A DNA stretch of 64,000 bases from assembly GCA_946965045.2 (NCBI GenBank), contig OX337239.1, forward strand, positions 2,542,001 through 2,606,000, read 5' to 3'. Shown in pieces: positions 37,101-47,913 of this stretch. The notes beneath the pieces are model-generated. The model saw only the letters and a program-made list of their open reading frames with translations, ran no database searches and was not told where the DNA came from. Every line of letters begins with the position of its first letter. Position 1 is the stretch's first letter. The position numbers were made by a program, and so were the translations under genes. The stretch comes from Epithemia pelagica. Its lineage: Eukaryota; Protista; Bacillariophyta.

Positions 37101-37593
37101 GCATTGCCACTGGGAAGGAGGGTGGACGGTTCAGAGAAGCTGGTGTCGGACGGTTGGGCGATGTTGGGGGCTCGCTGGTGATCGTCGTTACCACCACTAG
37201 GAGTTTGATATTCTTTGCCACCATCCTCGTCATCGGTAGGATCCCAATCCTGCTCAGGAATATCGGGGTAGTTGGGTGAGGTTGGATCGGTCGGAGGGGA
37301 ACGTTCGTCCTTTGTAACAGACGCTGGAGAAGGAGCAGTGGGTTCCGACGCGGAGGGTCGAGTTTCGGCGATAATGGTGTCCTTGCTGGCGCCTTCAATA
37401 CTGCTTGATATGGACGTTGCTTTCGTCCCGGCTTCACCATAACGCTCTCTAACTTCATGTTGCGACCGACGGTGACGCTTGTGGGATGAGGAAGACTTGA
37501 CATGGTAGGTCCTCTCACCTCCACCCACGGTGGTGGATGCGGTGAATTGATGAGAGAAGAAAATGGATTTTTTGTCATAATCGAGAAATCCAT
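34200..37593 (-). pseudogene. AcademH-like (DUF6589-type) transposase relic with a long low-complexity/Cys-containing N-terminal region
   Basis: Joined frames give LRVRKQNNHRLVPFAMAFAFTCH..MGLSVSKWTMERR..LLCVFDNLQ, then RKYMAFLEAEQQGD...PYWSVTKK and QLRLNRT...LDKIME, matching my recollection of AcademH transposase blocks. An intron is likely near 35935-35860. There are many stops and frameshifts, and the boundaries are approximate. Confidence 0.6.
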
Positions 37594-37748
37594 GTCGCGC
37601 TTTGAGGGCGAGTATGCGAATGTACCTCTACCAATTCACGAGCGGGACTCGCCCTTCCGCTAAGGGGGAACGAGTAAGTAAACTAACAGCAGGAATGAAC
37701 ATACACTACATAGCTAGGCTAGAATAGTCTAGAAAAACGCTTAAAAAG

Positions 37749-37818
37749 TGGGCAGCCGGGAATCGAACCCAGTGCGTTGACCTAGGGCCGGTCATGTACT
37801 ACCACTGTACCATACCCA
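37749..37818 (-). other. tRNA-like cloverleaf (pseudo-tRNA/SINE head), loop GGCCCTA, followed by an oligo-T terminator
   Basis: D-stem GTAC/GTAC, stem TGACC/GGTCA, T-arm CTGGG-TTCGATT-CCCGG, acceptor TGGGTA/TGCCCA one base short, then CTTTTT. The loop lacks U33. Confidence 0.62.
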
Positions 37819-40800
37819 GGGTACTTTCCGGCTGCATCGAGTTCTTAAACACAGATTCATTGTCGCAAAACACATTTGTCTCTCCATCCAACGGGATACC
37901 CATCATTCGAAACTTATAACAAAATGCTTCAATCATTTCAATGGCAGTTTTCATCGCCACGAACTCACTGCCAAATGTAGACGTCTCAACAGTGTTTTGT
38001 CGTTTTGAGTACCACATGATCGGTGCTCGTTGCAAGAACAGTAGGACTCCTTTTTGAGAGCGCCGTGTGACACGACATCCAGCATGATCAGCATCGACAA
38101 AGCAAGTTGTGGTGACAGCGTTTCCACGCGGTGCTGGTGCGTTTGGCGGAATCGGCTCGGCAGCATCAGGATAATACTCAGACCAATCCGGTCGGGTAAA
38201 ACGTGACTCGTCGAAGTCAGGAGTTGTGTCGTCGAACACAATGGCGGATTTATCGTTCTTCTTCAGATACGCGAAGATGTGCAACGTTTGCTCGAGATGT
38301 CCTTCTCGTGGGTTCGCCATAAAACGGGACATATGGGAGACTGCGGTTGTAATGTCGATACGACCGAGTTCAACAATCCAACGGAGAATACCGATCAGTC
38401 CTTGGTAATAGTTCGCACGTCTTGCGTCGAGTTCAGGAGTTGCATCCAATTCCGGGCGATATCCATCGGCGATCAGCGTCGTCACTTTTGACTTCAGCTT
38501 TTCTCCGGATTTCTCCAGTTCCGTTTCGACTTCGGCAAGAGCACGCTAACAATACTTGTCAGCGGACATGGCCCAACGATCACGGTTCGACGGATCGTGC
38601 GTGTCGGGTATGGTATAACGCCCTATTTCGGATCCCAAGTATTCGTCTGGCGGTTTGATACTGTCGGGTTTGATCGTATAGCGCCTCTGCAGGTCCTGCA
38701 TCACGGTTTTGGGATCATAACTAACAATCAACAGATCATCAATATAGACCAAAACATACTTGTAATACTGGAACCCATCAGATGGTCGAGTGTTCGCTCG
38801 AAGCCATACATCCGGATCAGCTTGACACATCTTAAATCCCATATCGCGGAGCGTTGCGGCGATGTGATCACGCCACCTTGCGGCAGACCTTTTGAGACCA
38901 TATAATGCGCGCACTATCAGTGCAGGTTGTCCAACCTTATCTGGTCCAAATTCGAGTCCCGCGGTGGTATAGGTCTTTTCTTTAGTCGGTGCGTTGAGAT
39001 ATGCATTTTGCACGTCCCCGACGAGAACATCTAGACCATTTAGTGCAGCGATAGTGAAAGCAATGCGTACGCTATCGCGTGATACCACACTAGAATAAGT
39101 CGATTCTTTGGGTGGATCAGTTTTGTGGCCTCCGGCCACTAACCGTGCTTTTCGTTGCAGGTCTGATTTGATATCAAAAACCATATGACAGGGAATATGC
39201 TTGTATCCAGAAGGCACTTCGCCATCAGCTGGAAATTCGAAAGCAATGCCAACGTTCTTCATTTCTTTCTCAATAGCTTTACGCCAGAAGTCAGTCCCCG
39301 TTCGGCGGTCAATCGCCAGGGCTTCTTCCACAGAGTGGGGCAACTCAATGCCATACTTGTGCGTTCGCTTCCAATAACGTGACTTTACCTTTTTGATAAT
39401 GCGGTCGCGTTTGCGAAGTGCACGTGGCACCCACCATGCGAAAGCAGGCTCTTTTGCGATGCCAGTGGATACTGCGTATTCGGCGGCTTCAATCATATTT
39501 CCATTCTTGACGTCTTTGAGCGGCAGCCAAACAGTCGATTGATCGGACAGTTCACATTGCAATTCCCAGCCTTTCGTTGTGTGGTGTGATGTGCCGTCAA
39601 GGAACGATGCGTCTGTTCGCTTAACTGCGGTCTCATCACTGCGGTGACCCACAATGACTTTCGATGTGTTGAACGCATTGCCCTCCGGGTCAACTTGCGA
39701 ATACAGATTCTCTGCGATCATATTGGTTGCATACGACTCGACCGATCCATCTGGAAACTGTACGTCGTAGTACCGGGTATCAAGGATTGGGTTTGCGTCG
39801 CGCTGACCAATAGGTCGCCCATGAGCATCTTTCGTGCGTCCAATGATTTTCGCTCGAGCGCTTTCACCTCCTCGCGGCAGCATGACTTCAGCGGTGAGGT
39901 ATTCGTCTAGTTCCTCCGGCGTGTACGCGTCGGATTCCAGGGCTTCGGCCTCTGGGAACAAGGGCTTTAGAAGTTCACCTTCGTCAAAGAGGTCTGGGGG
40001 TGGATCGCTCCCAGTTGTGCCATCAGGCGGCATCATAGTCCAACAACTGCTGATGAATCGTCGGATTCTTCAGGTCGTCTTCCGGAATGGCCCACACATC
40101 TTTCCGTGTGACATGATTGCCCTCTTGCGTTAGGATTTCATAGGCCATATCATCGGTGCAATCATCGGCTAAGCCCAACCATCGGCCAATCAGTCTTTTT
40201 TCGAAGGGAAACTGTGCCATGGGCATGCGATAATACACCGGCTGATAGAATTGGAACATGGCTAATGGAGAGATGTCTGGCGTTGAGCCAATTACATGCT
40301 CAAACGGTGTCCGTCCATCTAATTTAGGGATATCGGATGCCGTGAGTTGCCGTACGTGTGTGCACCATTTAAGAGCATAGCTCCATAAACGTCATGGTGC
40401 GCCGGTCGTCCTCATAATTTTGACAACTCCCTTTTTTAGTTCGCGAATGCTCGCTTCGGCGGCGTTCTGCCATGGACTATAAGGAACCGTTTTCTCCATC
40501 TTTATGCGGTACTCGTTGCATATTTCACGGGACTTCCCTAGGAACAATTCTCGGGCACCATCAGATACCATTGTTTGGGGAATCCCTACATTGTGAATCA
40601 AAGACAACAATCCTTCAGGATGTTGCTTTTTGGACTTCCAGGGATAAACGTGGTCGAATCCTTTGCCGTCTGTAAAGATCGAGGCGCCCGTGTCCCCGTT
40701 CAGTGATACTTCCTTGGCAAACATCTCGTCCGAGAACCAACGGCCTTTCACATTAGGGAATTTGAGCCACGGTGCCTTCTTACGGACCTTACGCTCAGAT

Positions 40801-43800
40801 GGGATTAATACGTTTCGTACTCCAGCCTGCGTCGTCACTTTAAGCGTATTCTTCGCTTTGGGTAAACCAATGCCCCAACGTTGTGACAGTACGGCTGCGT
40901 CAAGCACTCCCTTTCCAGCAGGATCGGCTGGGGAAGACTCGTTAGCAGTCTTGATCATGTACAGCCGACGTTCACGTTTGTCCTCCGGGACTACATCAGG
41001 CTCCTCCTTCTCTGGATGAACAGTGACCGTCGCTATTAAGCGTTCGTACAGGTCGTCGCCTTGTGCGTCGGCGTCCAGATCGGGTGATGGATTGGCAAAA
41101 GCATGCTGGTACGTTCGCACTGCTTTGATGAGTCGTGGAATGGAGGATGCGGCAATCGAATTCGGATCGCCATTGCGAACGACAGTAGCGGCAGCTACAC
41201 CCAGTTTCTTCTCCGCGTCCGCAAAGGCGGTAGAACGAGGTTGCCATGGGCTATCGGCAGTTAGCACAACTTGTGGCAAGTGTTCCAGCTCGTCAGAAGT
41301 GGGTTTGCGAGTGGCGAAACCGCTTATCACACCAGCCATGGTAAGCGGGATGGTGAGATCGGCATCCGGTACGTGGATACTATGCGTGCTGTGCGGGTCA
41401 AACTGTTTAGGTACGTCGTTGACAACGATGCCATGGGCACGCATCTGGTTTGGACAGAGTAACGAACTGCCCATACGGTCCCCTAAAAACAATGCTTGGT
41501 GGATAACAAGCAAGTAAGACTGGTTTTCGCTGTCAGTCCAGACAGTAGCAACAGTCGCAATAGGGACATTGGTCAGCGGGTTATATTCCTCCGCGAACGG
41601 ATGCACACTGATATAGCGGTGGGCTTCGGAGAGCATTGCGAAGTCTCTTCCCACGGCACAGGTGTCCGCATGTGAGTCCAACTCACAGGTGAGCTCAATG
41701 GTCTCAACACCATATTCGTCGGTGTTCATAGCACATAGACGATGTGCGAAACGTTAAGAATAACTATAATGGGTGCCTACATGTGCATTCGATTGAACAA
41801 TAAGATTCGTTTTATCAATTTTTACTGCTTCGGCAGCGGATACACAGGGCACACTCCATCAGGAGGAAGAAGACAGGTTGGCAGACTTGTCAGAGACATT
41901 CGGGTCACGGACATCGAATTCAAGATCGGCGGAATAACGACCGCATACATTACGCCTTCGCTCTGCGGCAGCCAATTGTCCATTGGCAAGCATAGTGTAT
42001 TTTAAAGCTTCGTCGAACACTTCCCATTCGTCGGCATCGTAGTGACCAGCATGAACGCGGTCCTTCTTCTTCTTGCTCTTTTTCTGATTGCGCCCTTTGC
42101 CCTTTCCTTTGCTTGGGGTGGTACTAGCAGCGGCGATCTTGCGAGAGTCGTCCTGCGTTTCGGTTTTGGCGGCACTGTGCACAGTCAAGAAGTATTGCTG
42201 GCACGCTTCGAAGTTCTCCAACTTCTCCTGGTCACCGTTGACGACGGTCTTTGCTTGGACGAGCGTCGGATCGGTGATCCCATTCATGAAATCGGTCACT
42301 TTTTTCGTTTCCGCGACCGTTTCGCCAAGCTCCTCCAGGGTGTTGTGCGCATGTTGGTGACGGTGGATGTAGTCATGGAAGCGGTACTTCCCTCGTCCTG
42401 TAAACTTAGCATTTGCGATCTGCGCATAAGCCTGTTTCTTGCGCAGGATGCTCACGGCCTGTCCAGTGGCTTGCCGCTTGACATTTAGGTAGGCCTCACG
42501 GCCGTCCTTCGATTTCGCATGCGTTTTAGCAAACGTCTATGCCGGGCCATCGTAGATAAGAGGGTAGTACAGCTCATACACTCTGCGTCGGTCGGCTTTG
42601 TACTGGTCCCCCTCATGACGAGTGGTCGCGACTAGGTCGTCGTCAATGCAGTCGTAATCGGCGGTTAGTGCGTCGTCCGGTACGTCGGACTCCTCACGCA
42701 ATACGTAGGTGAGCGGCACTCCCGTTGTCGGATTACGGTGCTGACCCAAGTACGTGCGCCACATTCCGTCGTGACGTTCCCAATCGGCAAAGTTTGTTAG
42801 CCTTTTGGGTGGTACTGGGTCATCCTGACCATCAGTGGTGGTGGCATTCGCGAGTTCCGTTACGCGTCTCATCCACTTGGTGATTACGTCACCAGTATAA
42901 CCACCAGCATCAAGGTTTTGACCACGGACAGAACGATATTCCAACCACATTCGGAAGCCAAGGAACTTCAGGTTGAACTGGTAGGGTAGGGTGACACCGT
43001 CGGGTAGGTTCTTGGCTAATGTCTTCAGCATGGGCTTTACTTCGTTGATGGGAAACTCAAGGAACTGATCCGTTGTTGTGAAGCCCTGTTGCGTTAGGTG
43101 CTCAACGGTGGCATTGTCGTAGCCACAGCGGCCCAGTGCAGTACGGAAGGCATTTGCGGCCATGGTTCAAGGGTCGGATGAAGGGTAGGAGGGTAGTAGA
43201 AGGTCAAACGGATGGCAAGGGAAGGCTTGTTCTTGTGCAGAAATTTGCAATTGTGATGAGAGGAGCGAATTTCTGTGAGCCAACAATCTGCGAGTGAATC
43301 GGCGAGTAGTCGTCCGGCGATTCCGCGAGCGAGCGAGTTGGCGATCGGCGAATCCGCGAGTCGGCGAACCGGCGATTCCGCGAGCAAGCAGGCACGTGTC
43401 AAAAGCCAGCAGGCTTATATAATTGAGTCGTACGGCGCGCGTGGATGGACGGTCCACGTGTACGAGCACGTGCACGGTACGTTGTGCAGTCGCAAGTCAC
43501 AAATTAGCGAGTGGGTCCCACAGTGACAAAAACAAGTCACAGAGATGACGCAAGCGAGCGAGTGACGAAGCCGCTTAGCGCGAACACCTCTCGAGCGTTG
43601 ATCAGGCGCTTGCCGTCCGGCGAACAGTGGGGAAACAACAGACAGTGGGTCTGATAAACTGAATAAAAACTGACGGCCAGACGCAATATACGGCTTGCAA
43701 CAATCAAACTATCAGAAATTATGGTAACTAAACTAGGGGTGCCCTTTGGGGGCAAATCGCTCACGTAGGGGCCAAACAGCGACCACGGTACCCACTAGCG

Positions 43801-43899
43801 AACACGCAACTAGGGGCCGGACGATGCCAGGCGATGCGTAGCGAGGCATGGCGAGGCCCTTCGTAGGTTACAAAGGGGGCGCCCGTGATTATTTATTCA
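37817..43899 (-). mobile_element. Decayed CoDi-type Ty1/copia element (element C): 5' LTR, PBS, gag-PR-IN-RT-RH, 3' end lost
   Basis: Gag from 43163; protease ELDSHADTC; integrase FSDEMF..QNAAEASIRE; RT RKARLVAGGH, LVYIDD; RH FVDADHAG, FCDNESV. Several in-frame stops (42537, 41859, 40392, 40023, 38546). RNase H is cut at PESTL. Confidence 0.92.
43660..43899 (-). repeat. 5' LTR of element C (240 bp), with PBS at 43645-43659
   Basis: TGAATAAA...TTTATTCA termini. About 135 bp are shared with the LTR at 31227-31389. Confidence 0.85.
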
Positions 43900-45790
43900 A
43901 TCTTGACCGCCTTCAACTCCTTATCGATTGCCTTCTGCCAGAAATCCGTCCCCGTCTCTTTGTCTATTGCGAGTGCCTCGTCCACCGAATGCGGTAGTCT
44001 AATTCCGAATTTTCCAGTCGTCTTCCAGTATTTCTTTCTCACTTTATTAATCATGCGTCTCATGTGATTCAAAGTCTGAGGCACCCACCAATGAAACGCG
44101 GGTTCCGTTTCTATATGTTGTGCGACCGCATATTCAGCCAGGTCAATGGGATATCCATCCTTGACGTCTTTCAACGCCATCCAGTCTTGAGTCCCGTCCA
44201 TAAATTCTACTGCAATTTCCCAACCCTTGGTTGTTCTTTTCGGGTGTCTATTTCCATTGCTCGCCAGGACAATACTGCAATTTCCCAACCCTTGGTTGTT
44301 CTTTTCGGGTGTCTATTTCCATTGCTCGCCAGGACAAACCCTTCCTCCTTCGGGACAGCGTCCCCGTTCTTCCTGTGTCCAACAATTTCCTTGATGATGA
44401 GGAACTGGTTCCCCTCGTCGTCGATCTTTGCGAACAAATTCTCGGCAACAACATTTGCCGTGTACTCGTGAATGACGCCGCCCGGAAATTTTACTTCGTA
44501 AGTTCTTGTATCGAACAATGGATTTTTGTGCCTTTTGCCCACTGGCTAGCCGTCTAACCCTCTCTGCCTCTTTGTCACCGTTCCTATGATTTCGTCCCCG
44601 CCGAAATCCATTCGGATCTGCGCTCCCACGTATTCGTCGTACCCGTTGCCGAATTTGTCTGCGTCCGGTTTCGGATCCTCTATCATGGTCCCATATTCTT
44701 CGTCACTGGGTCTATCCCCTTCTTTCGCCATTCTTCGTCCGCTTTCTCCGTTACGTCCTGGAGGTAACCCGGGCCACCTTCCACCTTTTCGGTGAAGTTT
44801 GCGTCGTCGAGCCTTTCTACAACAATCAACTTAAACTGGTCAATTCTTGCCCGTACCTCTGCCTTGTAGTAATCCTCTTTGGTGACGTGCTGCACCGTCG
44901 TCCGTGCAACTATTTTTCCTGATTTTGTCAGCACCCAGTAGCACAAATCGCTACCAATCCGGTGCGCAACTCCGAGCCAGTAACCAAGCTGTGTCTGTTC
45001 GTCCGCAGCATCCATTTTTTGGTTCGTGTGGAACCAGACGAGATCAAAGAAATCGAAATCGGCCCATTCCGAAATGTCAGGAGTCTCTCCAGTAAGTCGC
45101 TCAATGCCTGATCTCCGGTCTTGTCCCCGGGCGACGCGACGGAGTAGACTCGCTTCATAGACGAGACCAAAGTCCCAAAGTCGTTGGGGAATTTGTCGAT
45201 CGGCCATGCGTCGCCGCCACCGTTGTTTCAAGAGACCTATCTCCCGCTCCGCCTTATGGTTTTGCTTGCCTGTGCCCTTTTCCGCGAAATGCATGTCAAT
45301 GCGATGATAACGAACCAATTTTTGAAACAATGTCGATAACCCGGTCTGTTCTCCAGCTAGATCGGCCGTGAGTCTGTCAGGGATGCCTACTTGGTCTATA
45401 AAATCAGCCAATGATTGTCCTGCATGTGCCTTTGTCGTCATAGGAAATACCGTAGTGAACTGTCCGTCAGTAAACACTTGAGCGCATTTGTTTCCACTCA
45501 AGGAGGTCGTCTTGCTGAACAGGGTGTCCATATGGAACCTAGTTTGGAGCCGGTTGCGATGCAATGCGAGGTTGTCTACCCGGTACCGGCGGGTAATCGG
45601 AGCGACCGCCGTGCGGATTCCCTGTTGGGTGGTAACTTGGATGGTATTTCGAGCGGTATCCAACCCGATCTTCCATTTCCTGCTAAGCGTTTCGGCTGAG
45701 ACCCCTGAATGCCTAGCCGATTCCATTTGTTTCACGTTTGCTAGTGCGCAATTAAGTCCTTGTGGGACAAGGAGTCGTGAGACGTGGCCA
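43900..45790 (-). mobile_element. CoDi-type copia element B, integrase to pre-RT part (3' piece)
   Basis: FHMDTLF..TADLAGEQ..NHKAEREIG integrase, ending at KELKAVKI against the LTR of element C. It continues in frame from 58366. Confidence 0.9.
44208..44337. repeat. Perfect 65-bp tandem duplication inside element B pol (frameshifting)
   Basis: 44208-44272 is identical to 44273-44337. Confidence 0.93.
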
Positions 45791-45949
45791 TGTCTTATTC
45801 GGGTCGTGGGAACAAAACCCGGATATGGGAAATCTTTGGGGGTTTTACCGTTTACATGGTTACTATTTTGGGGATCCTTACATTAGTGGTTTAGCCTTAT
45901 AATATCTTTTAATTTGCACGTTGAATAAGGTATCGACTGGAACAAGACA
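45791..45949 (+). repeat. 5' LTR of element A
   Basis: TGTCTT...AAGACA, identical to 58207-58365 by visual comparison. Confidence 0.95.
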
Positions 45950-45964
45950 GTTTATCAGACCCAC
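45950..45964 (+). promoter_or_regulatory. Primer-binding site GTTTATCAGACCCAC
   Basis: Directly after the 5' LTR. The same 15-mer follows the LTRs at 31390-31404 (+) and 43645-43659 (-). Confidence 0.8.
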
Positions 45965-46005
45965 TGCGGTATTGAGAGGAAGTAAACGAAGTGAACTACA
46001 GGAAT

Positions 46006-47913
46006 ATGGTAACGAATACTAGAGCTACGACGAAGAATCCACCGGAAACAAGCCCCGAAGGGCAAGGAACGGGAACCGCTGTCCCAGCGGGGGGAGCCAG
46101 TACGGATACGGGTAGTAGAAAGATGCCCGCGAGGAAAACAGGAACGGAACGGAACCCCAGTGGTGGTGGCACTGGTGGAAGTACTGGCGGCTCTAGTAAT
46201 AGAGCCGGGAGTTCAAGTAGTGGAACGAGAGGAACAAGAAGCGTGTCGACACGGGGCGAGACCGCTGGAGGTGCACCCGCTGGCGGCGGAGACGGAGGAG
46301 ACGGCGGCGCTGGAGGAGGCAGTGATGGTGGTGGACACGGCGATGATGGCGATGGTGGTGCACCACCTCCCCCGATACCGCACCCGCCTGCAGGACCACC
46401 ACCCGCGCTTTCGCAAGTCGGGCTGGTATTGACCGTGTGCGGGGCAAACGCAAACGAAATTCAAGTACTAGAAAACATAGAACGTCTTAATTCGTTACAC
46501 GCCTTCGGACGAATGAGTAAGGATGATGTCACGTCCTTAGCTTCAAGGTTGGAGAAACGCCCTGGACCGAACAATATAAGCCTCCCAACAAGCGTCGTAA
46601 AGAATCTTCAAGGGCTGTGTTTTTGGGCTTCCAAGGCCCGTAGACAGAGGCGTGACATCACTGCTGCCGACTTCGACCAAGTGGTACTCTCGGATGCCCT
46701 CGACGAGATGGAAATTAAAGCAGAAACTGACAAGGCACCGGAAATTAAGCCCGAAATCCTCAAGGAAGAGATATGGGAAGATTGGTCTCGCGAATTCCCT
46801 ACCTATTTGTCCCACATAATTGGGAAGCAACAAGCCCCACTCGACTATGTAATTAGGCCTGAAATTCAACCTGGACACGTCTTTCAAACTCTCCGAGAGC
46901 AAGAATTGTACACTTACCCTCTGACTGGACCATTCTTTCACGAAGACAACAAGGCAGTGTACCGGTTGCTTAGTGACCGTGTACGCGACCAACCCGCAAC
47001 GTGGATTCAACCCTACCAGGCATCCCAGAACGGTCGAGCGGCATGGTTAGCCTTGGTAGCACACTACGATGGCGGCGGCCAGAAAGAGAAACGTATCAAC
47101 AAGGCTGAAGCTATCCTTAGTTCCGTATTTTATCATAACGAGAGAGCGTTTAGCTTCGACGCTTATTCTACCAAGCTTCTACGTGCATTCCGCACGCTCG
47201 AAGAGACACCTAATCGACGCTCGAATGCAAATCAGGTCAAGATCTTGCTGGACAACATCCGAATTGCAACGGCCGAGTTTGCCGTCATAAAAAGCACCGT
47301 GCGAAGCAACTACAGGTCTAATTTAGATGACGCCATCGCCTATATCTCGCGTGAAGTCTCGGAACTGTACCCGAATGTCATCGGAGGCAGTGGCACACGT
47401 CCTGGCACTCGGCACCGGTTTATTTCGGAAACACACACGGGCGAACAGTCACCCGCTTCCCGTCCACGGAATTTTGCGGGTCTCCAACAGCACAACGGTA
47501 TTTTCACCTTCTACGGCGTTGACGTCACGGACGTCAGCCGCCGATTCACTTCCCAGGAGATGGCCACTCTTGGGCCCGCCGGACAGGCGTACATCCATCA
47601 GGAACGAGCTCGGCTCCGCAGCTCAGGTGATCGTGGCGGCCGTGGTGGTGGCCGCGGCCGTGGCTACGGGCGGGGACGTGGTGATTGGGGGCGCGGTGGT
47701 GATTGGGGGCGCGGTTCTGCTGCCAGTGGACGCGGCATCGGCAATGTCGACGTGAATGAGAATAATGAGCCACCATCGGTCATCACAGACCCGTCTGTCG
47801 GCGGAGGTACCAATGGACATGCCGCTGGTAGTGCGGCGGGAACCGAGAATCCCGGTAGCAACGACCGTGGCAGCACCAACGGACGCAGATTCGGAGCCGG
47901 CGCATATGAGTGA
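46006..47913 (+). CDS. Gag of element A
   Basis: Open 635-codon frame from ATG 46006 with QGLCFWA, PLDYVIR, NGRAAWLALVAHYDG and an RGG-rich C-terminus. Confidence 0.88.
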   Translation: MVTNTRATTKNPPETSPEGQGTGTAVPAGGASTDTGSRKMPARKTGTERNPSGGGTGGSTGGSSNRAGSSSSGTRGTRSVSTRGETAGGAPAGGGDGGDGGAGGGSDGGGHGDDGDGGAPPPPIPHPPAGPPPALSQVGLVLTVCGANANEIQVLENIERLNSLHAFGRMSKDDVTSLASRLEKRPGPNNISLPTSVVKNLQGLCFWASKARRQRRDITAADFDQVVLSDALDEMEIKAETDKAPEIKPEILKEEIWEDWSREFPTYLSHIIGKQQAPLDYVIRPEIQPGHVFQTLREQELYTYPLTGPFFHEDNKAVYRLLSDRVRDQPATWIQPYQASQNGRAAWLALVAHYDGGGQKEKRINKAEAILSSVFYHNERAFSFDAYSTKLLRAFRTLEETPNRRSNANQVKILLDNIRIATAEFAVIKSTVRSNYRSNLDDAIAYISREVSELYPNVIGGSGTRPGTRHRFISETHTGEQSPASRPRNFAGLQQHNGIFTFYGVDVTDVSRRFTSQEMATLGPAGQAYIHQERARLRSSGDRGGRGGGRGRGYGRGRGDWGRGGDWGRGSAASGRGIGNVDVNENNEPPSVITDPSVGGGTNGHAAGSAAGTENPGSNDRGSTNGRRFGAGAYE

